The position numbers and the translations under genes are program-made. Under the pieces are notes generated by a model that was given only the letters and a program-made list of their open reading frames with translations, had not been told where the DNA came from and searched no databases. A DNA stretch of 63,124 bases, filler included, from Octopus bimaculoides (lineage: Eukaryota), in NCBI RefSeq assembly GCF_001194135.2. It is 5 parts of 4 records of this genome, joined end to end, with 100 filler letters (N's around TTAATTAATTAA, not from the genome) between each part and the next. Parts side by side here need not be neighbours in the genome. Positions count along the whole stretch, not along the records: positions 37,028 to 53,116 come from NC_068986.1; positions 53,217 to 61,665 come from NC_068988.1; positions 61,766 to 63,124 come from NW_026339567.1; 2 more parts are not named here. One strand, given 5' to 3'. Below, in pieces: positions 49,203-63,124 of the stretch (its first letter is position 1; the number at the start of each line of letters is the position of its first letter).

Positions 49203-51131
49203 AACGCCGGTGTTAAAATGGGGGTAGCTGATGAAGGAAAATGTTCTCTATGTGGCTTGTGTGTTTTCTATACTCTGGTTATTATTATTTTCTTGTCTAC
49301 GTTTTGTTTGCAATGTCCTGTACCCAGATATGCACCTATATATACAGGTAGACGTAGGTATGCGCATACCTGTACGTCTATATGCCTATACTCATTTACT
49401 ATTTGTTTTATATTTATATATACCTTCATATATCTGTGTATGTGTTATATATAAGTATGTGTTATACACACACACGTACACATGGTTTTGTCACCGTCTG
49501 GTCACCTTCCCCAGTAGAAGATTTGCTGTTGACGTCAGGACAATGACCAGCATTATCAATAATAGTGCGAAATAGGAATGAGAGAATAACATGTCTATGT
49601 CTCGTGTGCGATTCTTTCATTATTTAATGCAACTCCGCGTATCCACCATCTTGTCCTCATCTCCCAGTGCGAATAATATTTGGTTTAAAGCCTCCCTTTC
49701 TCTTTCCTTCTCTCTTTTCTGTCTGATTTCCTCTCTTATCACCTTATTTCCCTGCTGCTTTCTCTGTTAACCCCTTTCACTTTACTATTGTCTTTCTTTC
49801 CGTGCACCCCTCGTATATTCCCTTCTCTTTCTCTCTAAATTCCCTGCTATCTCTATCCACATTTATTTCTTTAAAGTCTGCCGCCACTTCCTTCCTTCAC
49901 CTAACCACCATTTCTTCCTCCGTCCACCTCGATCAAGTAGTTGCGTCTGTATCTCTCTCTTTTTCTTTCTTTCTTTCTTTCTTGCTTTCTTTCTTTCTTT
50001 CTTTCTTTCTTTCTGTCTCCAATTGGTCTTTCATCCTATCTCTCCCTCTCTAACTTTCTCCACTCCCCTTCGACCTCTCTTACTCTTCCTCCTCTTTGCA
50101 CGACCCTTTTCTTCCCCACTCTCTGCCCTTCGCAACTCGTTGTCTCTCTCTCTTATCCTTTTGGTCACAACATACTCCCCTGTCGCCGATCCTTTCCTTG
50201 CCTGCCTGCTTACCTGTCCAGTCAAGCTCTCTTGGGCCTTGCCATTCAGTTTTAGGCGAGGGTTATTCTTATTTTACTACATCTCGTTCAATTGACCTAT
50301 TTCTTTCATCCTCTTCCCTACTGTCTGGTTATCTTTCTTCTTTCTATTTGAAGTCCTATGGGACATTTTTCCATTAGCGTTACTTCTGAATGTCTTGTCT
50401 TACGATGTCTTATAGCCAAAAGGCCTTTATGCGTGTATATTTATAACATCTACTTGTGTCATTTATCATTATGTCTTATTCTTATTATTCCGTCGTTTAT
50501 CACTTGTTCCTCTATTCTTTACGGTCCGCTAAATTTTCTCAACAGCATTTTGCTTTTGAAGCCACCAAAACGAATAATTTTACCGATAATAGCTTGAAAT
50601 TGGGATGACTTCTGACGGATAACTGATGAAGGATGAGCATGTACACATCCCGTGTATGATTTTTCGATTGCTCATTTGCCCTCCTCCTGTGAAATTTGCC
50701 TTTCTCCTTCTCTGTCTCTCTGTCTCTATTTGTCTATCTCTCTCTGCGTATATACTGCCGTTTTTCGATTGCGTAATTAGCTGTTGTTTTAATATCCGTT
50801 CATGCAGTTCTGAAGTAAAATTAGCGGGCCTGTGTGTCAAGCATGGATCTTTCATATAGGGCCCCAGATAATATCCACAAAGTATCCGTCTCCACGCAAG
50901 AGGATAGGGCTTTCGAATCTAAGCGTGCATGTCTGAGATTTACTTACTTGCACCTGCTACCGTATACATTCACTCTCATACACACATACATGTATAATTG
51001 TAGGAGTGCGTGTATATGTATATTTATATGCGTGTATATGTAATGAATTCAATGAGAATACAATATACTGAATTTCTAACAAGTGCTCTTGGCATGGAAA
51101 TGTCCAAAACATTAAAGGTATTTAGACAGTT

Positions 51132-52670
51132 GATCAGAGCGATTATATATTATATTATAAGATAAGACCAGGAAAATTACATCAAAAAATCATCGCAGGA
51201 GATATACGTCCCAAATAATATTGTATTCATAGATAGATGTATAAATATATAAAGTATGATTATTTAAAAAGTTTAAAACTTTAAAATATCTTACAATCGT
51301 TTCATGAATGTATTACTCTTAGAAATGGAATGTACAGTTGATAATCATTAGGTAATACATCCATTCGTCAGAGAGAAAAAGGGTGAATTTCCGTGTAGTC
51401 AATCGAATGCTATTTAAGAATATATGAAAAAAGTTGTTGTTTAAAGATGTTTTTAAAAAGTTACTGGCATAGATATGTGTTGGTACAATCTTTTGCTAAA
51501 AGTTTTGAAGAAAAATATACATCCGTGGTAAAATCCTCTGCGGTAATCCATAATGGTTGTGTGTAATATAAATCCCATAATTCTGTTCACTTGAACCTTC
51601 TAATTTGCCTTCTAAAGAACATGATGTTTTAAAATTTTTACATGTGCAATATTTTGTTGTACATTTCTGTGCTGTGGCATTATGTTTGAATATGGTGTTG
51701 TATTTGAATTTGTTGTAGAATCATTTATAATAGAATTATGTATATTTACTGTTTGTATGGTATTATTAGTATTAGATTGAAATATCGGATTACAATCTAA
51801 TAATAATACTATATGGATCTAATAAGGACTTGATAGATGATGTGTTTTCATGGAACGAGATAAAGGAAGTAGGATCTATTAGGTAAGATAGCATCAGGGA
51901 GTGGCATAGGTGTGTGCTGCCAACAAAGGAATAAGAGGAGACAATATAAACATGTGAACACGGTTGCGGTTACTGGGAGTTAGATTATGACAGGGATTTA
52001 CTACCAAATTACACGACATATGACAGACTATTGGAAGAAACGGGTTTTCATATGCTAGAGGGATCAGGTTTTAAAAGGTAGAAAATAGGGCTGCTCGTAA
52101 GTGGAGTGACTGGTTCCATTTCCATTTTTCATTTTTCATTGTCATTCATGTTATCATATTTCTTGTATTGTCCCGTCTATGTGCGCTCCTTGTGGGCAAT
52201 AAAGAAACTAATTTTATTTTCTGCTTTATGGATCACAAGTCGAAGAGAACAGAATTATGGGACTTATATTACACACAACCATTATGGATTACCGCAAAGG
52301 ATTTTACCACGGATATATAATTTCCTTCAAAATTTTTAGCACAAGATTGTACCAATGCATATCTACGCCAGTAACTTTTTCATATATCCTTAAATAGCAT
52401 TCGATTGACTACACGGAAATTCACCCTCTTTCTCTCTGACGAGTGTGTGTATTACCTACTGATTATCAATTGTTCATTCCATTTCTAAGGGTAATACATA
52501 CATGAAACGATCGTAAGATATTTTAAAGTTTTAAACTTTTAAATAATCAAACTTTATATATTTATACATCAATCTATGGATACAATATTATTTTGGACGT
52601 ATATCTTCTGTGATGATTTTTTGCTGTAATGTTCCTGCTCTTATTTTATAATATAATATATCTTATGATC
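51132..52670. mobile_element. Penelope-like 3' fragment (minus) fused to an inverted copy of its own 3' end
   Basis: Arms 51132-51597 and 52241-52670 are inverted; the minus strand reads CTCKNFKTSCSLEGK...HYGLPQRILPRMY, resembling the GIY-YIG region. Confidence 0.65.
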
Positions 52671-53030
52671 TATGTGTGTGTGTGTGTGTGTGTGTCTGTG
52701 TGTGTGTAAATAGAGAGGAATGTAAAAACATCACGGAGGTTATATTATAAATAATTAAGGTTATTTATTAATATATCAATGCCAAAACATGTTATCATAA
52801 AATATAAATAAGAAAAACGTTTATATTTATGAAAAAGTCACAGGTATAACTAAAAGGGATAAAAAAACCCTAGCATGTTAAAAATAGCAGCCCAAACCCC
52901 TATAAAGGCATTATATCATTCATACTAGTTATAAAAACTGGCTTCGGGCGACATGGCAACTAGAATATATATTATGTATGTATTTATATAGGTATATATA
53001 CATATAGGATATATATTTATATATATAGAC

Positions 53031-53116
<86 letters not shown>

Positions 53117-54751
53117 NNNNNNNNNNNNNNNNNNNNNNNNNNNNNNNNNNNNNNNNNNNNTTAATTAATTAANNNNNNNNNNNNNNNNNNNNNNNNNNNN
53201 NNNNNNNNNNNNNNNNATATATATATATATATATATATATATACTTTTACACACACACACAATTATATATACATGTAGGAATTTGTTTTGGGCTTTGAAA
53301 ATGCACCAGAATCAGAAAAATGTCGTCGTTTTAAAATTTTGTAATAGATTTATTCAAACATCAAACTACCTTCGACAATTTTTGCTAATCAATGGTAAAT
53401 GGATTTTAATATTTAAAACCGACAACACGTCTTGATATTCAGGTGCATTTTCAAACTCCTGAACAAATTCTCCTATATTCATTCTTGCAAGGGAATACAC
53501 TTCTTCTGTCTGCCTGTTTGTTTGTCTGTCTCTCTGTCTGTGTGTGTCTCTCTCTCTCTTTCTCCCTCGCTATATAGGAGGATATGTGTTTTTTTATACA
53601 TACACATAGGTAAGTGAGAAGAGAGAGGTAAGGAGGATACAGACAGGGGTGTTAATGTAAATTGGTGAAACAAAATCGATTTATATGTACGGTAAGCATA
53701 AGGTTCACGTGGGCATGTCCCCGTGTTAGTTATAGAGTTGGTGTGTACTACTGTACTTCCCTACACTTCCGGTGTTTCCCCTCCGGCACGTACGGGACGT
53801 CCTATTCATTCTGTGCGTGCAGTAAATCTCTACCTTACCACGTTAGTTAAGAATGTCTTTGGTATTGGTTAATATAATTTCCCACCCGGAAAATGACACG
53901 AAATGATCCAAGTGAAATAATTCAGTATTCAGTGTGATATAGTTGAACCAGAAAGACGAATAAGAGCATATTAAATAACATTCAAGCTAAATACGTGGTT
54001 TACTGGAAAGCCTTGGTATACTAGGATCATCTCCGCTACCAGAAAATGCGAAGATATTAGTTTGTACCAACCTCGCATAAGAGGGGAAGAAAATTTGAAG
54101 ATAGAAAATTCTCGAAATTTGGCATGCCATTCACGATATGACATAATAATTCTACATGTATTGTGTTGTCCGTCGATGTGTGTGTGTGTGCCCTCGCTCG
54201 CGCGTGTATACATGTATGTCTTAGAGAAAGACAGATAAATAGACAAGCCGACAGTATATAATTCACAAATTTGTTTTATAAGCGCAATTATATAATTATT
54301 TTCTTGTGTAAAGAGAATGCTCAATAAAAGTGGAGTAAGGAGAGTGCTCAATAAAAATGAAAGAGCGCTTGTTAGAGCATATATATTAACAACAATGGGG
54401 ACAATAATTAACTAAAGAGTCTTTACTCAGCGGTATAAAACGTACAAGCGTAGACCTTTGATATTTTAATTTCATGTAAGTAGATTTTAAGAAATTATGT
54501 CTTCCGATTGTAGCTTGTGAAAGGGGTGGGGAGAAAGAGAGACAGAGTGGAACAAGGGAGAGGTAAGTGCGTATGTCAGATATACAAAAATGGAATGCTT
54601 TGTAGTATTTAATCTAGTTTTGTACTAAGTTCAAATTCGAGGTCCTTAGTGTCAATACAATGAAGTACCATTATATTATTCAAGGGCCATTCTATCGACT
54701 AACTCTTTCCTCTCAAAACAGCTAATTGTGATTAAATTTAGAACCATCATC

Positions 54752-54809
<58 letters not shown>

Positions 54810-54930
54810 ATACGTACACATAGATATACATATAAACTCACTTATTTCTACAAATATGTGTGTATATGTGTGTAAACAAGCACTCACGTACCCGCACGCA
54901 AGCACACACATACATACACATGTGTGTGTG

Positions 54931-54979
<49 letters not shown>

Positions 54980-56379
54980 GTATATATTCCCTTAAAACAT
55001 TATCAAATTCTTCCTTTTTATGGAATTTAAAAAAAAACTCTCCTCAGAGTTTCTTACATTTCCCTCTCTCTCTCTTTTACTCAATTTGCCTTCCTCTTCG
55101 TCACCACCCCGCTTCTTCCTTCTGATTCTATCATCATGTCTTTTATTTCTTCTGTCTTTTGCTCCGGCAGCATTTCCATTCTTTCATAATATTTTATTTC
55201 ATTCTCAATATTCTCATTTCAGTCTTCATCTGAATTTCATTCATTCTTCATTACATTCCAAAACATTTGAATCTTTATCTCGTACACGACTTCCGTTAAG
55301 TCTTTCTTTCGTTCTCCTTCCTTTCTTCTTTCTTTCCTTCTTTCTTTCTTTCTGTTTTTCTTTCTCAACCTGCTTATCATTGTTTACTGCTGTCTTCCAT
55401 CAGTGCACGCATTCTTTCTCTCTATCCAGATCCGTTTGAATTCTCCTGGCCTTCAATCTTATCTCACACTCACTCCACTCCCTCTCACTCTGTCTGTCTG
55501 TCTCTCTCTCTCTCTCTGTCTCTCTCTCTCACTCTCTGTCTTTCTCTCTCCCTCTCTCTCTCTCACTTTCTTTCCATCCCTCCAATATTTGCCTTCTCTA
55601 AGCCTCCTACACCGCTTTACCGCAACAACATTTAGCAGCAGTAGTAATGATGAAAGTGGTGGTGTTAGTAATGGTGACAGTTGTGATGTTAATAGTGGCG
55701 GTGGCAGTGATAATGGTGATAGTGGTATTGGTGTTAGTGATGGTGACCTTTAGTATTTCGATCCTTGAAGTGGTGTCAAACTACTCTGAGTATAGAATGA
55801 AATGTAAGATGAGGAGAGATGCAAACGGTAAAATTTCACAGTAAGGGAATGGAAGTGAATTGCATATAATTACAAATTATTATAAAAATAAAACAAAAAC
55901 AAAGCATAGCAAAAGTTGTTGTTGTTGTTGATGCTTTTATTGTTGATCTTGTTATTATTGGTATTGTTAAAGTGTTTCCTGTGTGGCAAAGGCTGCTTTT
56001 TTTTTCTTTTAGTGTGGTAGGGTGTGATTTGAGGGTCATCCTATTGATACTTCTTGTTGGATGTGGGATAAGTCTCTCGGTGACACGTAATAAAGGGATG
56101 TGAATAATAGAGGCGGGAAAAGTATAAGAGTGGCATGTTTAGAAACAGCAAAAAGAAAAAAAAAGAAAAAAGGGATAGAAAAGATTGGTAACTAGGAAAC
56201 TGGATCGAACTATACATGGTAATGTTGTTGATGCTTTTGTAAGCATTTCGAGGAAATACATATGAAAGAAAATGTTGCAACGTGACGGCATTGAAATACC
56301 GTAATACACGCACACACTCACTTAAACAGGTATAGCAAAGCGGCCATTCATAGAACCTGCACTATGACCACTTTAATTC

Positions 56380-57720
56380 ATAAAACAGTGCCTGGCTTTC
56401 AAGTATCGGAAGGCACCAAATACGATGCTGAACGATATTAATAATGTAGTTCGTGCTACATTACCTCCTATCGTAACATACTGAAGGGAACCGAAGCCCT
56501 GTTCTCTGTGAAACACCCTCACTATAGAATCACAAACGGGACTACTATCGCGACCGCATGTGTCCGACAAATCAACCCAACCAATCCAACAGCAATCCTA
56601 TCAGCAAAAGAATTCTTGATAAAATATTCCCACTTGCAAAACAACACACTCAGTTTCACTTGCAGATTATTATCTCTAAGGTGGAACACTGATTCCGGCA
56701 AATTGAAAAGGAACTGAGCTAAATGTATTTAGTTTGACGACAACGATTTCTATTCGTTCATTACACAAACAAAGCGGGTAACTGTCCTACGATTTGCTAA
56801 GAACATTACTAGAGGCGACGCCCGGGATATCAGTTATCAGTATTTATGCTTGAAATATGGCTTCAAAATCTAAAGATCTCTTTGGGATTAAGCAGAAGGC
56901 TATTTGAAATCAGCATGTGTGCTAGCCACTTGGTTAAGATGACCTACGTAATTGGATTATATGCCTTTAACATCGTGAAAGAAACGATCCTTATGATAAG
57001 TCGAATGCACCATTACATCAAGATTATAACTTTTACCAATTACAATCCACCATGCAGAGACTGAGTAAGAAAAAGATCTCCAACGATTTTACTTTTACCC
57101 TTACTAAAAACATGAATTCAAGTTATGCAAACCACCACCGACTTTCTGAACGTCAGCCTTGACCTCACTAACGAGCTCTGACACTCAGTAACCGAATGGA
57201 TCTATACAGTGCTTGCCCAAACACTCAAACCACCCGTGTTCTATGATTACTAAAATGGTTAACAATTATCTCACGGCTTTTATCGCGACTTTCCACAAAC
57301 GAACAAATTTGTCATGAAAACGTGCTGTGTAAAAGTGGGTTACATGAGGTTATAAATTAATCCCTTCTCACTGATACACGATACAACTGAGGCAAGCCAT
57401 GCAGTAGCCCTTGTAAGTCTGTTATAAACACGCTACAACTCAGACATCGCGTCTTCCATTGTTACAAAGTACTTTTCTCTTTACAACATGACATATCTGC
57501 ACACAGTCGCTATCAGAAAATCTTCAATAGAAACATTCTGAAGCCTTCATACGCCGCAGCACCCATCTTAGTATAGACCATTACAGCTTCCAACATCGCG
57601 AAACTCAACAGATATAAAACACATCCCGATATCTCTGATAACTTAGCTAATTCAATTACTCTTCCTACACAAAAAAAACGTGCTTTCCTGACTCTTATTA
57701 CCTCGAAAAAATATCGTCAA
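56380..57720 (+). mobile_element. Decayed Penelope-like RT + endonuclease
   Basis: CVRQINPTNPTAILSAKEFLIK (RLINP motif), FDDNDFYSFI (FDIVDFYPSI), IGLY, FLNVSLDLTN, then caaacactcaaaccaccc (HSNHP). Confidence 0.7.
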
Positions 57721-58272
57721 TAAGAGCAACTTCATAGTAAAGACTTCCGATAGATTTACACGGGTCTCATTGCAAACTAATTCAAGATCAGACTCAATAG
57801 TACACACGTACTTTTTGAAACCCATATTAGAGGAACACCCTTCACTAACTACATTCATCTGACATTTCCATAAAAATGACTCTTTACATGAGCTACAATG
57901 GGATATTATTACGAAAGCCTAATGTCGCAGATGCTGTTATTTATATGGAGTAGAATCTTTTCCGATATATTTGCTGCGAACAAATATTTAACTATTTCTC
58001 TGCATGCAACCACAATGTAATAAAGCAACACGAGAGCGCACGCGTTATTATACCCGTGCACACGTGCACATACAGCTGATATACACACACACATATACAC
58101 ACACACCCAAGCACACAAGTACATACACTCCAACGATCTGATGCCGTCAGCTCACACGCCAATGCTTGCACAAACAACAGATGCATCAGATACGCACACC
58201 AACCCATCTCTGCAACAAGAATACCCGTATATACACCCACACAGGGAGCTGGTGTTTCTAAAAAGAACTCAC

Positions 58273-58336
58273 ACTCCATTCACTTTGAGGCGCAGCAACA
58301 TTTTCTCCAACAAATTACGCAGTCCGAGAAATGCAG
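58273..58336 (-). CDS. Candidate 64-nt internal exon (AFLGLRNLLEKMLLRLKVNG)
   Basis: Minus strand acceptor aaatcctcag, donor AGT|gtgagt; single open frame. Confidence 0.22.
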
Positions 58337-59504
58337 CTGAGGATTTATATTTGATGTATTTTATGTCGCTTATATTATTTCAGTATTCACATCAACAACA
58401 CAATGTGACCTGTCTTCACCAATAGCAGCCCGGTCTATACTACTATAGTTTTGAAACTCCGCCATTTTCCTTTTTGGCTACTGTGCTTCACGAACCTGGT
58501 TCGTGTGAGGAACCTACGAAAATTTAAGTTGCATGTGACTGAATGCAATGGCTATTACAATAATAACACATACAAAGATACATATACACACACACATACA
58601 CATACACTCAGACACACACACATATGTGCATACAGAAATTATATACTTTAAAAATGAGTGTACAACACTGCATTTTCTGGGCATGCGTGCGTATGTGTGT
58701 GTGTGTGTGTATGTATGAATGTATATGTGTGTGTGTGTATGAATGTGTGTGTGTGTGTGTGTGTGTGTATGTGATAATCACAAACAGACGTTTACTCAAT
58801 TTTATCACACATATGTATGCTCTAAAAATAGTAATCACACATTCGTAAAGCACCTGGTGGCTTACATACTCGATTAAATACGCTCCACATGCAACCACAC
58901 ATATTGTATACACACACAGGCATAACTACTCATATACACATACACACCTGTGCCCACATATCCACCGTATGTCCTTATATCTTCATTCACGCACCTATTC
59001 ACACACCTTACGCAAATATACATACTGGCGCAGATAGCTCTCAGCTCTCGTTCCATACCACAAAATATGCATTAAAAAATCACTCGTACAATGCGTAATT
59101 CAGTTACTGCAATCATACACTTAAAGAATAAATCCAAAACAGGCAAACTGAGTAGCACAGACATAAACGAAAACATCAACCGCAAAGACTGCCCACGCTT
59201 GTTTCCAGGCCAGTAATATAATACCTATTCAAAAAGATGCATCTAATCTCTCGTTCATTCAACCATAGTTTCTTCTCGTTGCTTCTTCTTACACATGCAC
59301 GCGTGCGCAAAAGCACACGAGCCAGCATTTGAGCCAAAAGCATCATGAAATTAGACTTACATATTCGCACGCTTACACACGCACGCGCACGCACACACAC
59401 ACACGCACACACACTCACACATACACACAGACACACAGACACACAGACAGACATACACACACACNNNNNNNNNNATACACACAGACACACAGACACACAG
59501 ACAG

Positions 59505-59540
<36 letters not shown>

Positions 59541-60525
59541 ACACACACACACACAAGAACTATAATATTACCCAGGGTTTGTGAGACACCTACACATACA
59601 TACACAACACGCCCGTAAATATCGGAATCCAGTGATTATTTACCCACAGGCATCTGAAGTGGCACCTGTGTGTAGAGTAGCTGGCCACTAATAAACATAC
59701 ACCATTCATGGAACACTGGTTTTGAAACCTTATTCAAAGTATGGCAATCACAGTAGCATAATGGTCATATATAGATAAATAAATATATATAAATATATAT
59801 GTATATANNNNNNNNNNNNNNNNNNNNNNNNNNNNNNNNNNNNNNNNNNNNNNNNNNNNNNNNNNNNNNNNNNNNNNNNNNNNNNNNNNNNNNNNNNNNN
59901 NNNNNNNNNNNNNNNNNNNNNNNNNNNNNNNNNNNNNNNNNNNNNNNNNNNNNNNNNNNNNNNNNNNNNNNNNNNNNNNNNNNNNNNNNNNNNNNNNNNN
60001 NNNNNNNNNNNNNNNNNNNNNNNNNNNNNNNNNNNNNNNNNNNNNNNNNNNNNNNNNNNNNNNNNNNNNNNNNNNNNNNNNNNNNNNNNNNNNNNNNNNN
60101 NNNNNNNNNNNNNNNNNNNNNNNNNNNNNNNNNNNNNNNNNNNNNNNNNNNNNNNNNNNNNNNNNNNNNNNNNNNNNNNNNNNNNNNNNNNNNNNNNNNN
60201 NNNNNNNNNNNNNNNNNNNNNNNNNNNNNNNNNNNNNNNNNNNNNNNNNNNNNNNNNNNNNNNNNNNNNNNNNNNNNNNNNNNNNNNNNNNNNNNNNNNN
60301 NNNNNNNNNNNNNNNNNNNNNNNNNNNNNNNNNNNNNNNNNNNNNNNNNNNNNNNNNNNNNNNNNNNNNNNNNNNNNNNNNNNNNNNNNNNNNNNNNNNN
60401 NNNNNNNNNNNNNNNNNNNNNNNNNNNNNNNNNNNNNNNNNNNNNNNNNNNNNNNNNNNNNNNNNNNNNNNNNNNNNNNNNNNNNNNNNNNNNNNNNNNN
60501 NNNNNNNNNNNNNNNNNNNNNNNNN

Positions 60526-60575
<50 letters not shown>

Positions 60576-63124
60576 CGTGTGCATGTGTGTGTGTATGTAT
60601 TATGTACAGAAGAAGAGGCAATTAGGTCGCTGGTAACCTAAGCTAATAGGTATGCTGTCTGAGTGCTCTAATTGATAAACTTCCAGGACCCAAGTTCACA
60701 ACGGGGGCTGGAGTTGCAGTAGCCATTGTCCAGTAAGGAGAAAACCGGTGAGCCGTAGCCTTTTTCCTTTCCCATTGAGCTTCCCATATATTTTATGATG
60801 CCTCTGTGTATCTAACTCTCTTTCTCTCACACAGTAAATTTGCGCTGATCCCTGATTGATTCATGCTGACTCATGTCACATTATCCACATGAACATCAAA
60901 CTACTAGTTCCATTTCCCTTTTCTCATATGGACACACTACTCAATCCACTTTCTGAACGATGGACTAATCTAAGAATATATGTAAGGGGGTACACCTTTA
61001 TGGGAATATCGAGAAACCCACATACGCTCCGGAACATGATGAGCTATAAACTATAACGAAACTTGAACTTCATACCTTGTTACATATTTCTCTACATCAA
61101 ATGTTCTCTACATCTCCACATAAAAGTTTGCTGCCTATATTTTCTCTTACTTATACACTTTATATTTTGTCTCCCATGACAGGATACCCAGTATAGGAAG
61201 AGGTAGATTAATGCATCAATCCATTACCTGGGATATCCTAGGAACACCTGTAAGACTATTACAAGACGCTTCACCATTAAACTAATATGAACTGAAAAGC
61301 TTCTCCTACCTGAATTTTGTTTTTCTCTTCCTTAAATTATATGTATGTGTGTTTGTATATATGTATGTATATATGCATGTATATATATNNNNNNNNNNAT
61401 AATAATAATAATATGTCTCGTTGCTCACACGTGACCATCTTTCTTTTCCTGCACAGACGTTCAAAGGAGTGGGCGATTTTTCTCTCTTTTCTATCTTTCT
61501 TCTCTTCAAAGAAAATATGTCTCCACTCGTTCTGGTCTAAATATCCTTCATAGTTGTTTTCGTTCGGTTTCCTTGTATGTGTCGTCTATCCTGTTTATGT
61601 TCTCAACTTTCAACCTCCATAAATCCTAAATTTTATTTTAGAATTTATGGGAGCAGATGTCTTTGNNNNNNNNNNNNNNNNNNNNNNNNNNNNNNNNNNN
61701 NNNNNNNNNTTAATTAATTAANNNNNNNNNNNNNNNNNNNNNNNNNNNNNNNNNNNNNNNNNNNNATATATATACATATATATATATATAATGTCTATAT
61801 TCAGTCAGTTTATATGTAAGCTTTTTGGTCATTTTGTTTCTTTTTGTATTTCTGTTCAGTGATAGTCTTTTTGATGCTTGTCGGGAAATTGTGATAACAT
61901 TTTCTATTGTTGTCTCATTGAGGTTATTTCTTGTCCAGAAAGTGTAAATTCACCAGAAATGTACTCAATGTTTGCAATCTTTTTCCACGTTGCTTGTTTT
62001 ATTAAGTGCAGTACAGTCACAGTTTGCAGTCAGTTGCATTTGGCTAATGTTAGTGCAATATTTTCATGGAGGGTTTAAGTTAAATGACACGCATAATATG
62101 ATAAAGATAACATAAAAACCAAAAATTATAATTAAGAATAAAATATTGTAAAACAATGCAGGATAAATGTATTTATTAATTAAAAATCCAACAATCCAAA
62201 CTGAACTGCTTCTAAACAGTTGTCTGTGGCAAACTTTGTCCTAAATAATTCTTGGAAAGCAATTTCTCAAACAAAGATATTTATTGGTTTCATAGCATTT
62301 CTTCCATCATTTTATCTTAAAGCAAAAAAAAAAAAAAAAAATGAATTGTTACAAATAATCCAAATTCTGGGAAAGTGAAAGTGAAAAAAAGAAAGGAAAA
62401 TGATATATCTCTAGTTTTTATTTCCTTCAAAATATAAATATGATCCTAATTTGGCATAGACACAAACTGTTTATGTCAAAACACTTTTCTGTAGTAAATA
62501 CTTTTTAATATCCCTTTTTTTTTCATATCCCTTATGAATAATTCTATTTTGTTTATTTCTTTTTGAACATATTGGGATATGTACGTGTATATATTTATAT
62601 AGATAGATGTGTATGTATACATATACGCGTGTATTTTTATGTATCTGTATACATGTGTGCGTTTGAGTGTGTATGTATGTATGCATATATGTATATGTAC
62701 ATATGCATATATATATGCACGCATATATGTATGTATGTACATGCATGCATGTGTGTCTAACAGAATTTTCTACAATTAATGTGTCATGGTAATGAATATT
62801 TCTCTCTAAAGTACAATGACACAATTATTTCCTCATAATGAGATCCCAAACTATTCTTATAGCTTTATACTACTTTCTCTGATGCACATGCTGCCATCTG
62901 GAATATCTCATTTGATTTTCCCTCACCGCTCTCAAAATTAAAAACAACAACAAAAAATAAAAACACACAAAAAGATAACTTTTATCTAATGACTTAATCC
63001 CACTCCCACCAAATTTGTTTTTTACTTGAGCTTAATCTGCTGATAAAAACTGTATAAAATGTTTTTGTAATATTTAAAATTATATATATATATATAATAT
63101 ATATATATATATATAGATATATAT

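Noticed and set aside
50620-50660. CTGATGA followed by a GGATG/CATCC hairpin
   Set aside because: No GAAA, NUH triplet or stem I partner; not a hammerhead.

Overview
Repeat-saturated, AT-rich eukaryotic draft sequence. The dense microsatellites, tRNA-derived SINE set, decayed Tc1/mariner and Penelope-like elements suggest an octopus genome (inference). About a sixth of the window is N, and four 100-bp joins carry an artificial TTAATTAATTAA linker, so the window is five stitched segments. No long genuine ORF exists; nearly all ORF-track entries are microsatellite or gap artefacts. A few short exon-like segments may form part of a plus-strand gene (8.3-29 kb). The two strongest unexplained signals are (1) three paralogous ~150-nt stem-loops at 3.4, 4.5 and 7.0 kb sharing an invariant 23-nt arm, resembling a lineage-specific microRNA cluster, and (2) a type I hammerhead ribozyme with an intact core at 48.7 kb, inside a non-coding inverted-plus-tandem repeat of retrozyme/Penelope pseudo-LTR type. 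All protein similarities are from manual translation and recalled motifs, not database searches.
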